Shown here in pieces: positions 11,254 to 25,721 of a DNA stretch of 64,000 nucleotides (its first letter is position 1; every line of letters begins with the position of its first letter). The notes beneath the pieces were generated by a model that did not search any database, was not told the origin of the DNA, and saw nothing but the letters and a program-made list of their open reading frames with translations. The stretch is from contig OX597817.1 of NCBI GenBank assembly GCA_951406725.2, positions 60,760,001 through 60,824,000 of the forward strand. The letters run 5' to 3'. This DNA is from Octopus vulgaris (taxonomy: Eukaryota). The position numbers were made by a program, and so were the translations under genes.

Positions 11254-11331
<78 letters not shown>

Positions 11332-11335
11332 TTAT

Positions 11336-11382
<47 letters not shown>

Positions 11383-11494
11383 CATACGTATCTAAATATC
11401 TATATATTCTTTTATATATGTACATATTTATATATTAGTATATAAATATATAAAACCATAGGTACAAGCATATACATAGCTATCTGTCAGTCTG

Positions 11495-11538
<44 letters not shown>

Positions 11539-11584
11539 CCAATCTCTCCTTCTTATCTTTTTCTTTCTCTCTCTCTCTCCCTCA

Positions 11585-11661
<77 letters not shown>

Positions 11662-12047
11662 TATATATATATATATATGTGCATATATTTTTCAACACGT
11701 ACATATAAACTTATATAGGTATAAGTGTATGTGAGTGCATGGGCGTGTGTGCGTGTATGTGTACATATACATATACACGTTGCTATCTATAATGTGCACA
11801 CACACACACATTCACACACGCCCGTACACATCCACACACATACGTTTCTCTGTGTTTGTTTACTGTACGCCTAAAATTACTTATTTTTGTAATTTAAACT
11901 TCAATAATTTTATTTACCAAAGTTGTAAACAAAATTTCCTATTCCTCGTAAATAAGGTATACGATGAGACTCGCCAGTTTATTTGATTAGCGTTTGTACT
12001 TAGACATACGCTCACACACACATGCATGCACACACAACCATACATAC

Positions 12048-12089
<42 letters not shown>

Positions 12090-12104
12090 ACATACATATA
12101 TATG

Positions 12105-12168
<64 letters not shown>

Positions 12169-12380
12169 TATATACATACATACATATATACTTACATACA
12201 TATATATGTACATACATGCATGCATACAGTCACATCCTTACACATATATATATGAGTATATGTATATGTATGCATGTATGTACCTATATATTCTATACAC
12301 ACACATACACACATACACACACACACACATGTATGGACGTACCTCAATTGGTTGAGCAACGGGGTATTGTACACAATTTT

Positions 12381-12421
<41 letters not shown>

Positions 12422-12495
12422 GCACACACTCTAACACGCACACGCACGCACTCACTTACGCACACACACGCACTCACGCCCACACACACACGCAC

Positions 12496-12557
<62 letters not shown>

Positions 12558-12913
12558 CTGTTCTCCTTTCTGTTCATTATCTCAATCTCGCACGTGTTTC
12601 TGGTCATATTACAGTAGAGGAATTCCATTGGTTGTTTTACGCATGCGCAGTTACGTAGCGGCGTAGAGACTCACAGAACCATTAATTATAAGAGTCATCG
12701 TAGTTGTCATAGTAGCTGAGAATCGACTCACAACAAAAAAAAACATTTTGCGGCCGAATAACGCTTTGAAGAGACATAAATTTGCGAAATAAATTTGTTT
12801 TCGGCATTTCACCTGTTTTCTTTTTTGTTTTGTTTTTTTGGTTTTTGTACATTTTGTTTCTTTGATCAATGTTTCCCTTTTTGTTTTGCTTTGCTTCATC
12901 ATTATCAACATGA

Positions 12914-13017
<104 letters not shown>

Positions 13018-13170
13018 TTTATTATATTTTCAGTTTTTGTTTAGGCAGTTTTATTAGTATTTTGGTCAAATCTTTGGACTTGAAAGATATATCTTTTCTT
13101 TCTTATTTTCTTTCCAGTTAAAGTTGTCTTTACTTCCTGTATATATTCTGTATATAAGTGAATGTATACT

Positions 13171-13219
<49 letters not shown>

Positions 13220-13284
13220 GTATGTATGTTTATATATGTGTGCGTGTATGTGTGTGAGTATATATATATATGTGTATACATACG

Positions 13285-13323
<39 letters not shown>

Positions 13324-13390
13324 GTGAATATGTCGAAAGTAAAAGAATTTTAATAACAAATTTCTTTCAACTCCATTTATTTACCTATTC

Positions 13391-13492
<102 letters not shown>

Positions 13493-13535
13493 TCACATAT
13501 ATATACATACATACATATATATACGAAGATATTAG

Positions 13536-15265
13536 GGACTTTAACATTACACGCTTCTTTCATAATACCTGTTATCTCTCTGGCCGTGGAGGCGCAATGG
13601 CCCAGTGGTTAGGGCAGTGGACTCGCGGTCATAGGATCGCGGTTTCGATTCCCAGACCGGGCGTTGTGAGTGTTTATTGAGCGAAAATACCTAAGGCTCC
13701 ACGCGGCTCCGGCAGTGGATGGTGGTGATCCCTGCTGTACTCTTTCACCACAACTTTCTCTCACTCTTGCTTCCTGTTTCTGTTGTACCTGTATTTAAAG
13801 GGCCGGCCTTGTCACTCTCTGTGTCACGCTAAATATCCCCGAGAGCTACGTTAAGGGTACACGTGTCTGTGGAGTGCTCAGCCACTTGCACCTTAATTTC
13901 ACGAGCAGGCTGTTCCGTTGATTCGGATCAACCGGAACCCTCGTCGTCGTAACCGACGGAGTGCTTCCATATCTCTCTGACCATTCTCTTCTCCGTAGTA
14001 AGGCTAGGTTCCATCTGACTACAAAAGTTATCCGTGCCTAAGCGCTTTAATTTTCTGCCTTTGAAAACTATTGCCAAATAGGCTGAGCTCTCAGTCAAGT
14101 TGGACACTGCTCTCGACACTGTTGATATCAATGATGACGTAGAATCATTTTGGAAGGCTCCGAGGGATGCATCGTACTCTGCATCTGCAGAGATTTTTGG
14201 ACTTACTGTTCGTAAACATGATTCGGTGATAACAAACACAGATACCCAGCAGTTGATAAATAAAATGCACAGCTCTCACAAAATCTGGATAAATGATAAG
14301 AGCTCATCCAGAAAAGAGAATGCCTACAAGAAATGTAGAGGCCAGGGCCAACGTGCTCTGAGACAGATGAAGGAGGCTTGGTGGTCTTCCAAGGCTACTG
14401 AACTCTAAGAAGCTGCAGACAGAAAGGATTCTAAAGCCTTTTATGATGACCTCAAGAAAGTGTTTGGTCCTCAAGAGCTTGGTGTTACTCCTATTTTTTC
14501 ATCGAACAGAGACATTCCTGTCCGACAAATCTGACATCCTGAAACAATGGAAAGATCACTTTGAAGCCGTGTTTAACTCCACCTCAGTCACTAATGACTC
14601 AGTCATAATGTCTGTTCCACAGCATACTATAATATCGGAACTGTTTCTGGAGCCAACCTTCTGGAAGTGGTAAACTCTATTAAACAGATCTCTTCTGGCA
14701 AAGCACCTGGCAGGGATGCTGTCCCTCCGAAATTTACAAACATGGTGGACAGAAGCATTATAAAAATCTGCATGACCTCTTCATATACATCTGGAAGGTA
14801 GGCCGTGTACCACAGGACTTCAAGGATGCCTCAATTCAACATCTATATTAGAACAAATTCAACAGAAGTGTCTGCGATAATCTTCATGGAATATCGCTTC
14901 TGTCTATCGCTGGTAAAATTCTTGCCCTCATTCTCGACAGGATCATCAAACACGTAGCAAATGATATCTGTCCAGAAGCACAGTGTGGATTTTGATCTGG
15001 TCGTAGCACTAACGACATGATCTTTTCCCTCCGACGGGTCATGGAGAAGGTACATGAGAAAAATCAAGAGTTTTTCCTTGATAATCGTTGACTTTAATAA
15101 GGCCTTCGACATTGTTAGGCGGCAAGCACTAAGGAAAGTTCTGAAAATGCTTGTAGACCTAGATGTTGAATGTTATCATCTCCTTTCATGAGCGAATGAA
15201 GGCTGCTGTCATGTCCGGTGGGGAATCTTCGGCTTCCTTTGACGTTACAAACAGCACAAAGCATT
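13536..15265 (+). mobile_element. Decayed RTE-clade LINE (APE end plus RT N-terminal half), interrupted by SINE C
   Basis: Broken frames give SDHSLLRSK, KAPGRDAVP.EIYKHGG, VPQDFKDASI, GISLLSIAGKILA, PEAQCGF, GRSTNDMIFSLR, VDFNKAFD. Confidence 0.85.
13587..13969 (+). mobile_element. Full-length tRNA-derived SINE family C with target-site duplication
   Basis: A-box tggcccagtgg, B-box gtttcgattcc; TSD tatctctctg[g/a]cc at 13573-13585 and 13970-13982. Confidence 0.9.
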
Positions 15266-16259
15266 TTTACTATTGCGTAGCAGTGTTCTGGCTTTGAAAC
15301 GCTGATGGTTAAATAGTCCACCACTTGTTCGAAACTGGAATTTGACACTACTTTGTATGTCACCAAAGGCATACCTCAGCATCACTGAAAAGAAGAGGGC
15401 AAACAAAACAGGGGCCATAACACAAACGGTTTTAAAATAAGGGAATAAAAGTCAGTCATAATAAGAGATCTCCCAAAAATCTATTTCCTTAATATCTAAC
15501 TTCTGTTTCTGGAACACATATTTATGCAATTTTGATTTTGAAGTATCTAAAAAGTTATTTGGAAACGAAATGGTAGATTCGGACTGTCCATATTTTAAAA
15601 CCACGAATTAAAAACAAAAACAAAAATTTGTGTGTCAAATTTGTTCGCCAGAAGTTCATGGCTTCATAGGAATAAGCGTGGGAAACTGCATCGAGATAAC
15701 CAATTTTCGGATTTTTTACTTCCTTTAAAAAAATGCAGATTTTGTGAATGAAGCAAACTCGGATTTTTTACGTCGTTTTAAAAGTGGGTTGATTTTGTAA
15801 CTCAGACTCACTAGATCCGAGTACAGTGAATATCATCCTTCAAAATTTGCTACTCATATGAAGTACATATGTATTTCAACAGTTTCTATCAAATACATTC
15901 TCTTTCTTGAGCATTAAAAAATCCTCTTCCCAGGTGACAATAACTTATATGACAGATTGTTGCACAAGTTCTAGCGGTTTTGATAAGGGACATCAGAAAG
16001 GTTTGAAATGATTTCATCGGCATTTACTTGCACCAAAGAGCACTCTTTCGATAGACAACATGTTGATCTCATAAATGTCGCGTGGTGGAAATAAACGCAA
16101 TTACCAAACTTTCAATTCATTACTTCGTTCTATTTTTGCATTTCAATTTGTACATCTGTACTCCCGACTGCATACAAGTACATATGTAAAACGACGTACT
16201 TTTTATTTTTTAATCATTATCTGCTGATATCAAAATAAGTAGTATATTGAAAAATAAAA

Positions 16260-16343
16260 GTTTTTTCGGGGGTGAGGTGGGGGGCATTTGTGACTCCAAG
16301 GGACAAAAGGGGGCCCTTGGCCAAAATGGGTTGAGAAACTCTG
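16260..16343. mobile_element. Probable hAT-type transposon terminus
   Basis: ggggcccttggccaaaatgggttgagaaactctg; its reverse complement resembles the CAG.G.TTCTCAA termini of Charlie-like hATs; partner TIR not located. Confidence 0.35.
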
Positions 16344-16385
16344 GTTTAGATCATCAGTGAACTAAACCCTCATATTCTATGTATG

Positions 16386-16419
<34 letters not shown>

Positions 16420-16527
16420 TGTATGTATGTATGTATCTATCTATCTATCTATATATATATATATATATAATTTAGGACAATCAGTAAGTTTTTATTATAT
16501 ATACATATAATTATAGATAGATATATG

Positions 16528-16559
<32 letters not shown>

Positions 16560-16909
16560 TGTATGTATGTATGTATGTATGTATGTATATATGTGTGTGT
16601 GTGTGTGTGTGTGTACGATTTGTTCGACCAAAACCCTTCAAGTCAGAGTCCCAGCATGGCCACACTCCAATTACCGAAACAAGTAAAGAGCACAAGATAA
16701 CAGGTATGTCAACACATACCGAAATTTCTTTTCGTGAGTTTTAAAGCAGACTCTTCTGAGGAATGACAAATGAGGTTTTGACGCCAGAAAATACAGTGTA
16801 AGCTGTACAGAGATCCTCCATCACTGCTCCATGAAATGTTGAAACAGGAGGTAGATTGTACAAAAACTTAGACATGTAATTGCAGTCGTAATACAGAGGA
16901 TGAGCTTAA

Positions 16910-17798
16910 GACGGAGAGCTGGCAGAATCGTTACTCCACGTGCAAAATGCTTTCGTCAATCTTTACGTTCTGAGTTCAAATTCCACCGAGGTCGATTTCG
17001 CCTTTCATCCTTTCGGGGTTGATAAATTAAGTACTAGTTGCGTACTGGGGTCGATCTAATCGACTGGCCCCCTCCCCCAAAATTTCGGGCCTTGTGTCTA
17101 GGGTAGAAAAGAATATATATGATGAGCAAGGCGGTGAGCTGGCAGAACCGCTAGCACGCCGGGCGAAATGCGTAGCCGTATTTCGTCTGCCATTACGTTC
17201 TGAGTACAAATTCTGCCGAGGTCGACTTTGCCTTTCATCCTTTCGGGGTCAATGAAATAAGTACCAGTTATGCACTGGGGTCGATCTAATCGACTTAATC
17301 CGTTTGTTCGGATTGGTGGCCTTGTGCTAAAATTTAGAGTCAATATACAAACAAAGGGACAAACAAAGACGAACAAACGGATTAAGTCGATTATATCGAC
17401 CCAGTGCATAACTGGTACTTATTCCATCGACCCCGAAAGGATGAGAGGCAAAGTCGACCTTGGCGGAATTTGAACTCAGAACGTAACGACAGACGAAATA
17501 CCTATTTCTTTACTACCCACAAGGGGCTAAACACAGAGAGGACAAACAAGGACAGACAAACGGATTAAGTCGATTAGATCGACCCCAGTACGCAACTAGT
17601 ACTTAATTTATCAACCCCGAAAGGATGAAAGGCAAAGTTGACCTCGGCGGAATTTGAACTCAGAACGTAATGGCAGACGAAATACGGCTACGCATTTCGC
17701 CCGGCGTGCTAACGGTTCTGCTAGCTCACCGCCTTGCTCATCATATATATTCTTTTCTACTCTAGACACAAGGCCCGAAATTTTTGGGGAGGGGGCCA
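16910..17798. mobile_element. Cluster of SINE family B copies (two plus-strand, two minus-strand plus a tail) forming a large inverted repeat
   Basis: Plus copies ~16910-17112 and 17130-17345; minus copies ~17347-17502 and 17503-17733; 17734-17798 is the reverse complement of 17065-17130. Confidence 0.88.
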
Positions 17799-17877
17799 TG
17801 TATATACGGTAGCTTTGAGCTGAAACCGATAAAAGAAAATAAAAAAGAAATATATACATAAAAACAAACTTTATATC

Positions 17878-17922
<45 letters not shown>

Positions 17923-18125
17923 ATGGTAAATGTATATTGTATATCAATTATATATGTTTATGTATACATGTGTGTGTATACACACCCACACACGCACACA
18001 CACATTAAAAGAAGTGAGAACAAGATGTATTCATAACAGTTTAATGTTCCACAGCGTAAGGCTTTAAAAGTAATTTATCATGGTTTTTTAATGCGCATTG
18101 TCTCGTATATAAACACACACGCACT

Positions 18126-18208
<83 letters not shown>

Positions 18209-18821
18209 GTATACATATATACATATGTATGTATGTATATATGTTTATATACGTGTGTGTTAATTATGTGTGTGTATGTGTGTGTGTGTGTGTGTGTGTG
18301 CGTACGATCGTACCTGAGTAAATATCTACATGAAGCGTAATACCAGAGAATCCCAGACATACAACCATTCGTTCCCTTTCTGATATTATATTTATTGTCC
18401 ATTGCCAGCGTACAGATGTCGGCTCTGAAACCTTAAATATAGACACGTCTACATGCAAATACATCCATAAACAAACCCACGTGCAAACCCATACGCGTCT
18501 TCCATTTTAATGTGCTTTTTTTCTCTGCTTGTTTTCTCGGGCCGAGATGCATCTGATTAAACTGATTAAGTTGCCACTCAACAGCCTTGTTATGTTGAAA
18601 ATGCAGCAGAGTCTCTGTTGTTAATAACCTTGGGGTGAAGATTCTCTTATTTATTATTATTCTTATCTAACATCCTGATGTTAAATGAAAATATCAAACA
18701 AAAACCGATATCATTGCTCCTAGATGTTTCCAAAAAACATCCGATTATTGCTTTTGTTTTTGTTTTTGCTGTTGATATTTTTTTTACTGTAACCTATGAT
18801 GTATCGTTTTTTTATTGTTAA

Positions 18822-18975
18822 CACTTGTTTCTGTCATTGGACTGCGACCATGCTGGGGCACCGCCGTCATGGCTTTTAGTGTCAAACAATTAGAGCCTAG
18901 TATTTATGTTTTTTTTATGTCTTGTATTTATTTTATCGGTGTCTTTTGCCGAGCCGTTAGGTTACGGGAACGTAG
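18822..18975 (-). mobile_element. Degenerate SINE family A 3' half
   Basis: acttgtttctgtcattggactgcgaccatgctggggcaccgcc...cttttgccgagccgttaggttacggg. Confidence 0.65.
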
Positions 18976-18986
18976 ATAAGCAAATA

Positions 18987-19068
<82 letters not shown>

Positions 19069-19070
19069 CT

Positions 19071-19288
19071 ACTGAGTTGAGGAATAATTCATGGGCGTTT
19101 TTTTTTTTCAAATTCCTTTTAAGCAAGAAACAACAAATTAATCAATAATATACTCTCCGTTGTTGTTTACGATCTTCTCCCATCGTTCAATGAGTTTCTC
19201 GATGCCGCGGCCATAGAAATCTCCCAGTCTTGACTCATAGAATTCGTTCACTCTAGCCCTCAATTCCACGTCATTACTGAACGATACT
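19071..19288 (-). mobile_element. Mariner transposon 3' end fragment
   Basis: Minus strand encodes FSNDVELRARVNEFYES...FYGRGIEKLIERWEKIVNNNGEYIID (mariner C-terminus), then a TIR-like end at TA. Confidence 0.8.
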
Positions 19289-19842
19289 TTGACTGAGGGA
19301 GAAAATGTGTCGATTCAGTGGGACTTCCCCGTACAGACCGACAAAACTATAAAAGCTGATAAACCGGATATTATTATAAAAGATCAGACAAAAAAGGTGT
19401 GTTTATTAATTGACATGAGTATTCCTTGCGATCACAATCTAGCCGCGAAAGAATTTGACAAGATCAGTAAATATAAAGACCTGCTAATAGAAATTGAAAA
19501 AATGTGGCATCTCAAGGCGCTTACAGTACCAGTGATTGTAGGATCTCTAGGAATGATAAAAAAAAAAGGGTACTGAAACCTATTTGAAAATGATACTAGG
19601 CTTACGATCCCTACAGGAATTGCAAAAAATCGTGTTAACTGGAACGACTCATGAATTGAGAAGAGCATTATTGCTGTGAAAACAACATCCATTCATGAAT
19701 TTATATATTTATTAATTTTTTAAATACATATTTTACCTGTGAATTTGCGTGTGTAATCTGGGAATGCATACAATGAGCTTCTCTGCCCTAGGTGTACGGA
19801 AAACACTCGGCGAGAAACGAAAGAAAATTTAAAGAAAGGAAA

Positions 19843-19845
<3 letters not shown>
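19289..19845 (+). mobile_element. Dong/R4-like non-LTR retrotransposon 3' end (REL endonuclease) followed by (AAT)n
   Basis: IQWDFPVQTDKTIKADKPDIII...LLIDMSIP...KISKYKDL..EIEKMW...VPVIVGSLG. Confidence 0.85.
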
Positions 19846-19936
<91 letters not shown>

Positions 19937-19939
<3 letters not shown>

Positions 19940-20090
19940 TCAAAAAATACCTTAGGAATGAGAATCTAGGTTCGAAATTTCCCCAAGACACCTGATGAAG
20001 GCTGGAGGGTTTATTAGCCGAAACGTTGTGTTAACAACAAACAAGATGAAAACAAATATCCGTCAAATGTAAATAATGTAAATAATGTAG
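19937..20090 (+). mobile_element. Short repeat family H3 with minimal hammerhead at 19987-20032
   Basis: gacac CTGATGA a ggctg[10 nt]tagcc GAAAC GTT gtgtt; near-identical copy at 47922-48066; both start directly after (AAT)n. Confidence 0.82.
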
Positions 20091-20624
20091 CAATGAGCAT
20101 ATTCACGTTCAAATATATTGTACCGTATTAAGAAAAGTTTATATATATATATATACATATATATATGCGGATGTCATCGCCAGTTTGGTATAATTTCCGT
20201 CTACATCTAAAACTAACTCAAATGTTAACACTCACAATCTCTAACGACTTAACAGAAAGGCCTTGCTAAACAACATACGAGGTTAATGAATTGAAAAGAA
20301 ACTTTTGTAAAAAGTAATTTATATCTTAACTAACATTATTCTCAATTACTCTTTCATCACAATGGAAAGAATTACGGAATTGGCTTTTATGAAATCCTTT
20401 ACGGGTGGCATATGTTCCCATGTCTTAGAGCTTGGCATCATGATCCTGTGCCTTGCGTTTTCATTGGAAGTCGTAATGTATTTGTCAATGAGAGAGTCAA
20501 GGTAATTATTGTTGACTAATGCCGTCTTTAATTCCAGTTATTTCAACAGTTAATTGTTCGCTGAATGAATTTAAAACGATGGCACGTTGAAAGAGGTTTC
20601 TAAATATTTATTAGTTCATTCTAA

Positions 20625-20697
<73 letters not shown>

Positions 20698-21054
20698 ATA
20701 TATATATTTGTCTGTCTGTCAGTCAGTCTGTCTATATGTGTGTCTATTTATCTATCAGTCTGCCTGCCTCACTCTACCTATATATCTGTGTCCTTCCATC
20801 AATCTCTCTTACCCCCTCTCTCTCACACATGCACACACTTTCTATCTTTCTCTCATCATCTATCTTCTCCCACTCTCTGTATGTGCATGTGTATGTGTAT
20901 GTGCGTGTATGTGAGTGTTAGTATGTGTATATGCAATGTAGTTAAAGTGCAGCTTTTTCGGACTTCCACTGTGGAACTTTACTCTGACATCAACATGTTT
21001 CATGATTCTCTTCAAATAGAGAAGAAGGGGAGATAATAAATTAACTAAGAACGT

Positions 21055-21737
21055 AATGAGTTGAGACTGAGTCTCAAAGTCATGGTTATCACTACAGATC
21101 CTGCGTAGACGGAGGAATTGGGAACAGGGGATGGAAAGCTTCGTGTGTTTAGGGTGGGAGGAGGAGTTGAGGTATGAGTGTGAGTCTGTGTGTTTGTAAT
21201 GGATGGAGGTGGTGAGAGTGGAGTGATGAAGGCTAACCGAAATGTCAAGAAAGGAGACAGAGGTGTCAGAGATAGTGCAAGAGAAGTAGCTGGCAGGATG
21301 GAAAGATTTGAGAAAAGATAAGAAGGAGTCTAGATGTTCGCGGGAGAGTGAGGTCGCACCGATACAGTCGTCAATATAATGACCGTATATTTCGTGAGTG
21401 GGACCAGTGAAACTTGAGAATATTTGGGCATCAACGTAGCCAACGAACAGGTTCGCATAGCTGGGGCCCATTCTCGTTCCCATGGCCACCCTCGAGATCT
21501 GGTGGTAAAAATCACCAGCGAACGAGAAACAGTTGAGTGAGAGGACAAGTTCGGCCAGACAAACGAGTGTGGACGTGTCGGCTTGGAGCTTGGTTCGAAG
21601 GTCAAGGAAATGTTTGTTAGAGTGCACACAGCCCCTCGTGGTGAGGGATCACAGTGTAACGGCTCTGGTTGTCGAGAATGAAGAGAAGTTTAGAGGGCCA
21701 GGGGAGAAGGAGAAAGAGTTGAACAAACAAAGCGCAT
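21055..21737 (-). mobile_element. Penelope-like element reverse transcriptase fragment (Neptune-like)
   Basis: LVLSLNCFSF...VAMGTRMGPSYANLFVG...YIDD...VSFLD...YKHTDSHSYL..SSHPKHTKLSIPCSQFLRLRRICS: PLE RT and thumb motifs; truncated at both ends. Confidence 0.88.
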
Positions 21738-22541
21738 AAAATACAAAAGTATTATCAAATTCGAGCAGGGTTTTCAGTTTAAACTCCTGTTCACGCCTTC
21801 GAAACTCACTCACACGTCATTGATCAGTCTACTGCTATAATACAAGACGCTTGTCCCAAATGCTATGTAATGGGTGTTGTGGCTCCAAAGCTAGCTTCCT
21901 AACTACCCAGTCATTTGACTTTTCGACAAGAATAAATTAAGGTGAAACTTGCAAAGTTTCGTGAGTGACACGATAGAAGTGAGACACTGGGATGAGGTAG
22001 AAACATCAGTAGCAAATTGATTACAGATTTAATGAGATGAATGGGAAGATAGGTTGAGAGAAGGAGGGAGAGACTGAGAAAGAGAGGGGGACAGAAAAAA
22101 GGACAAATGCGAGGGGAGACGGGGGAGTGGATAATAAATGGATGCGTGTGGAGGAGGATTTAGGAGATATAAACGTAGAGAGGAGAGAGGGGCAGAGAGA
22201 GAGGGGGGCTGTGAGAGAAGAAGAAGAAGAAAAAGAAGAAGAAGAAGAAGAAGAAGAAGAAGAAGAAGAAGAAGAAAATGATTGATGAATGGACAAATAC
22301 GAGGAAAAGAGAAGTGAGAGAATGAGAGAACAGGGTAACAGTAGAAGTCGGAGAGAGTGAGAGAGAGTGAGAAAGGCAGAGAGAGAGAGGGGGGAGGGGT
22401 AGAAAAAAGGGTGGGGATGAAAGGAGAGAAACTTCAAGAGACAAAGGAGTAAAATAATGAATGGTGGAAATGAGAGAGGGTAGTGGTGGGAGAAACAGAA
22501 TAAATTGGAGTGTGAGAGAGGCAGATAATTATATACATACA

Positions 22542-22617
<76 letters not shown>

Positions 22618-22732
22618 ACTAATTGTTTTAATATATATATATATTGTATATGTTTTCATATATGCATGTATAAATCACACAGAGATATGCATACATATAC
22701 ACAAATATGTATTATATATCTATATGAATATA

Positions 22733-22874
<142 letters not shown>

Positions 22875-23359
22875 TTAAGAGAAAGAGATGGAGAGAGAAA
22901 AAGAGAGAGAGCTTGGCTAAAGTGTGTTCGAAACTCAGAGGAAGATGAAAGAGAGTGTGTGGAATGGGGAAGAGAGTGGGAGAGAGAGAGAAAGAGAGAG
23001 AGAGAGCAAATTTCGAGTGTGGCATTGGCTGTGTGCCAATAAAGAAGTAGCAAGAGATTATGAGAAATAACGGGGGTAAGGTGGTGGGACGGGTGGGTGG
23101 GCAGATATTGTGAAAGAAGAGCTGCGATGGTAGCGAAGAATTGGCGGGTGGTTTGAAGGAATGGAAAGAAACAAAGGAAAGGAGAAGATAGGTAAAGTAG
23201 AGGCGGTGGGGTGGCGGTAGGTGTGGTGGTGGTAGGTGTGGTGGTGGTGGGGTTCGGGTAACTTATTGTGTATGTCACAGACAGGAGCTATCCGGGGTAA
23301 AACATTCCACGTTTAATGACAACGCAATCTTCACGTTGACTTTAACGTTTCATTGCCCT

Positions 23360-23535
23360 CCCCCTCCTCCTCCTCCTCCTCCTCCGCCTGCTGTGATTCT
23401 TCACATTCTATTTTCGGCTTAGAAGTATCAAAACATCACCGACACCACCGCTACTAGCGCCATCACCACCACCACCACCACAAACACCACAAACACCACC
23501 ACTACCATCGTCATTACTACCACCGTTGCCACCAT

Positions 23536-23582
<47 letters not shown>

Positions 23583-23830
23583 GGTACTACTACTATTACT
23601 ACTACTACTACTACTCAACTCCACTCGCAACCCACTCTATACTCTCATCTCGCCATTTTCCCGCCCCACCGCCACCATCCGCCGCTGCTGCCACAGAATC
23701 TGAACAGATGCCTTACTCAATCTGGCACCATGGCGCACATACCTGGAATTATAAGTGTAGAACGAAAATAACAACAACAGGATTATCATCATCATCATCA
23801 TCATCATCAACAACAACAACAGTAGCAGCA

Positions 23831-23870
<40 letters not shown>

Positions 23871-24335
23871 GAATAATAATAGCAGCAGTAAAAAATATTC
23901 CTACAATAATAAAATGGAAATAAGAACAACAACAACTATAGCATCAACAGTGATGACAACGTACTCGTCATCATCATCAACTTTAACAATAACACCAGCA
24001 ATAAAAAAATTACCCCCAAAATTCCAGCAGTAGTAAAGAACAGTAGCATCATCATCATCATTGTCTTGATCAACAACAACAACAACAACAACAATAACAA
24101 CAACAACCAGACAGCAGCTTGGTCGTGTTTTGTCATTAATTTCAGCAATTGTAAATGATTTTTGTTTTTTGTTATATAAAATGTCTTCTACCAAAGAAAT
24201 GTAGGTGGTATTTCATCGGCATTATAGAAAGAATGTAGTAGCAATAGTAGTAGCAGTAGTAGTGGTGGTGGTGGTGGTGGTGGTGGTGGTGGTGGTGGTG
24301 GTGGTGGTGGTGGCGGTGGTAGGCTGTGGTGATGG
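23360..24335. repeat. Mixed trinucleotide repeat cluster (CCT, CAC, ACT, CAT, CAA, GGT)
   Basis: Seen directly; interleaved with unique sequence. Confidence 0.9.
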
Positions 24336-24792
24336 AAACAATATTGTCTGAGGGTAAGACAATGCCATAAGTTTGCCGAGCGGGAGTATTGACGGATGAA
24401 TCGCAAGGAATATTATAGAAGAGTCGTTGCTGTTGTTAACGGTGTTAATGGTTTTGTAAATCAACATGAAAGAAGCGACCAAAAGAGGAGGGGTGCTCTG
24501 TGCGGTCAATCAACGGTCTCGAAACAGACGTCGAAATTGCCCGCTATAGTCCTAGATAAGAAAGAAAAAGAAGAAGAAACAATTAATTAACAAAATAAAA
24601 CAGACATTAAGCGCAGGATTGGCTGTGTAGCAAAAAGTTTCCTTCCTAACCAAATGGTTCAGCGCTCAATCCCACTGTGTGGCACCTTCGGCAAATATCT
24701 GCTATCATAACCACGGGTCGACCGAATCCATGTAAATGGATTTAGAAGACAGAAACTGATAGAAACCAGTCGTATATAATTTATATATATAA

Positions 24793-25205
24793 AGGAGTGG
24801 CTGTGTGGTAAGTAGCTTGCTAACCAACCACATGGTTCCGGGTTCAGTCCCACTGCGTGGCATCTTGGGCAAGTGTCTTCTGCTATAGCCTCGGGCCGAC
24901 CAATGCCTTGTGAGTGGATTTGGTAGACGGAAACTGAAAGAAGCCTGTCGTATATATGTATATATATATATATATGTGTGTGTGTATGTGTGTGTGTTTG
25001 TGTGTGTGTGTTTGTCCCCCTAGCATTGCTTGACTACCGATGCTGGTGTGTTTACGTCCCCGTCACTTAGCGGTTCGGCAAAAGAGACCGATAGAATAAG
25101 TACTGGGCTTACAAAGAATAAGTCCCGGGGTCGATTTGGTCGACTAAAGGCGGTGCTCCAGCATGGCCGCAGTCAAATGACTGAAACAAGTAAAAGAGAG
25201 TAAAA
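24793..25205 (+). mobile_element. Full-length SINE family A with internal (TA)n(TG)n
   Basis: Head ggagtggctgtgtggtaag...ggttcagtccc, internal microsatellite, tail ...ggcggtgctccagcatggccgcagtcaaatgactgaaacaag; flanked by a degenerate head (24612-24775) and an extra tail (25275-25443). Confidence 0.92.
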
Positions 25206-25221
25206 GTGAAAGAGAAAGAGA

Positions 25222-25267
<46 letters not shown>

Positions 25268-25481
25268 AGTGTATGTGTGTATACGTTTGTGTGTCTGTGT
25301 TTGTCCCTCCAACATCGCTTGACAACTGATGCTGGTGACTTTAGGTTCCCGTAACTTAGCGGTTCGACAAAAGAACCGATATAATAAGTACTAGGCTTAC
25401 AAAGAAAAGACTAGAGGCGGTGCTCCAGCATGGCCACAGTCAAAAGGGTGGAATATAATTAATATATATGTATATTATATA

Positions 25482-25528
<47 letters not shown>

Positions 25529-25535
25529 GTATATA

Positions 25536-25628
<93 letters not shown>

Positions 25629-25660
25629 GTATATATATATGTATATGTATATATATATAT

Positions 25661-25721
<61 letters not shown>

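Noticed and set aside
13587-13665. SINE heads as functional tRNA genes
   Set aside because: They continue into SINE bodies, with TSDs where checked, and lack complete acceptor stems.
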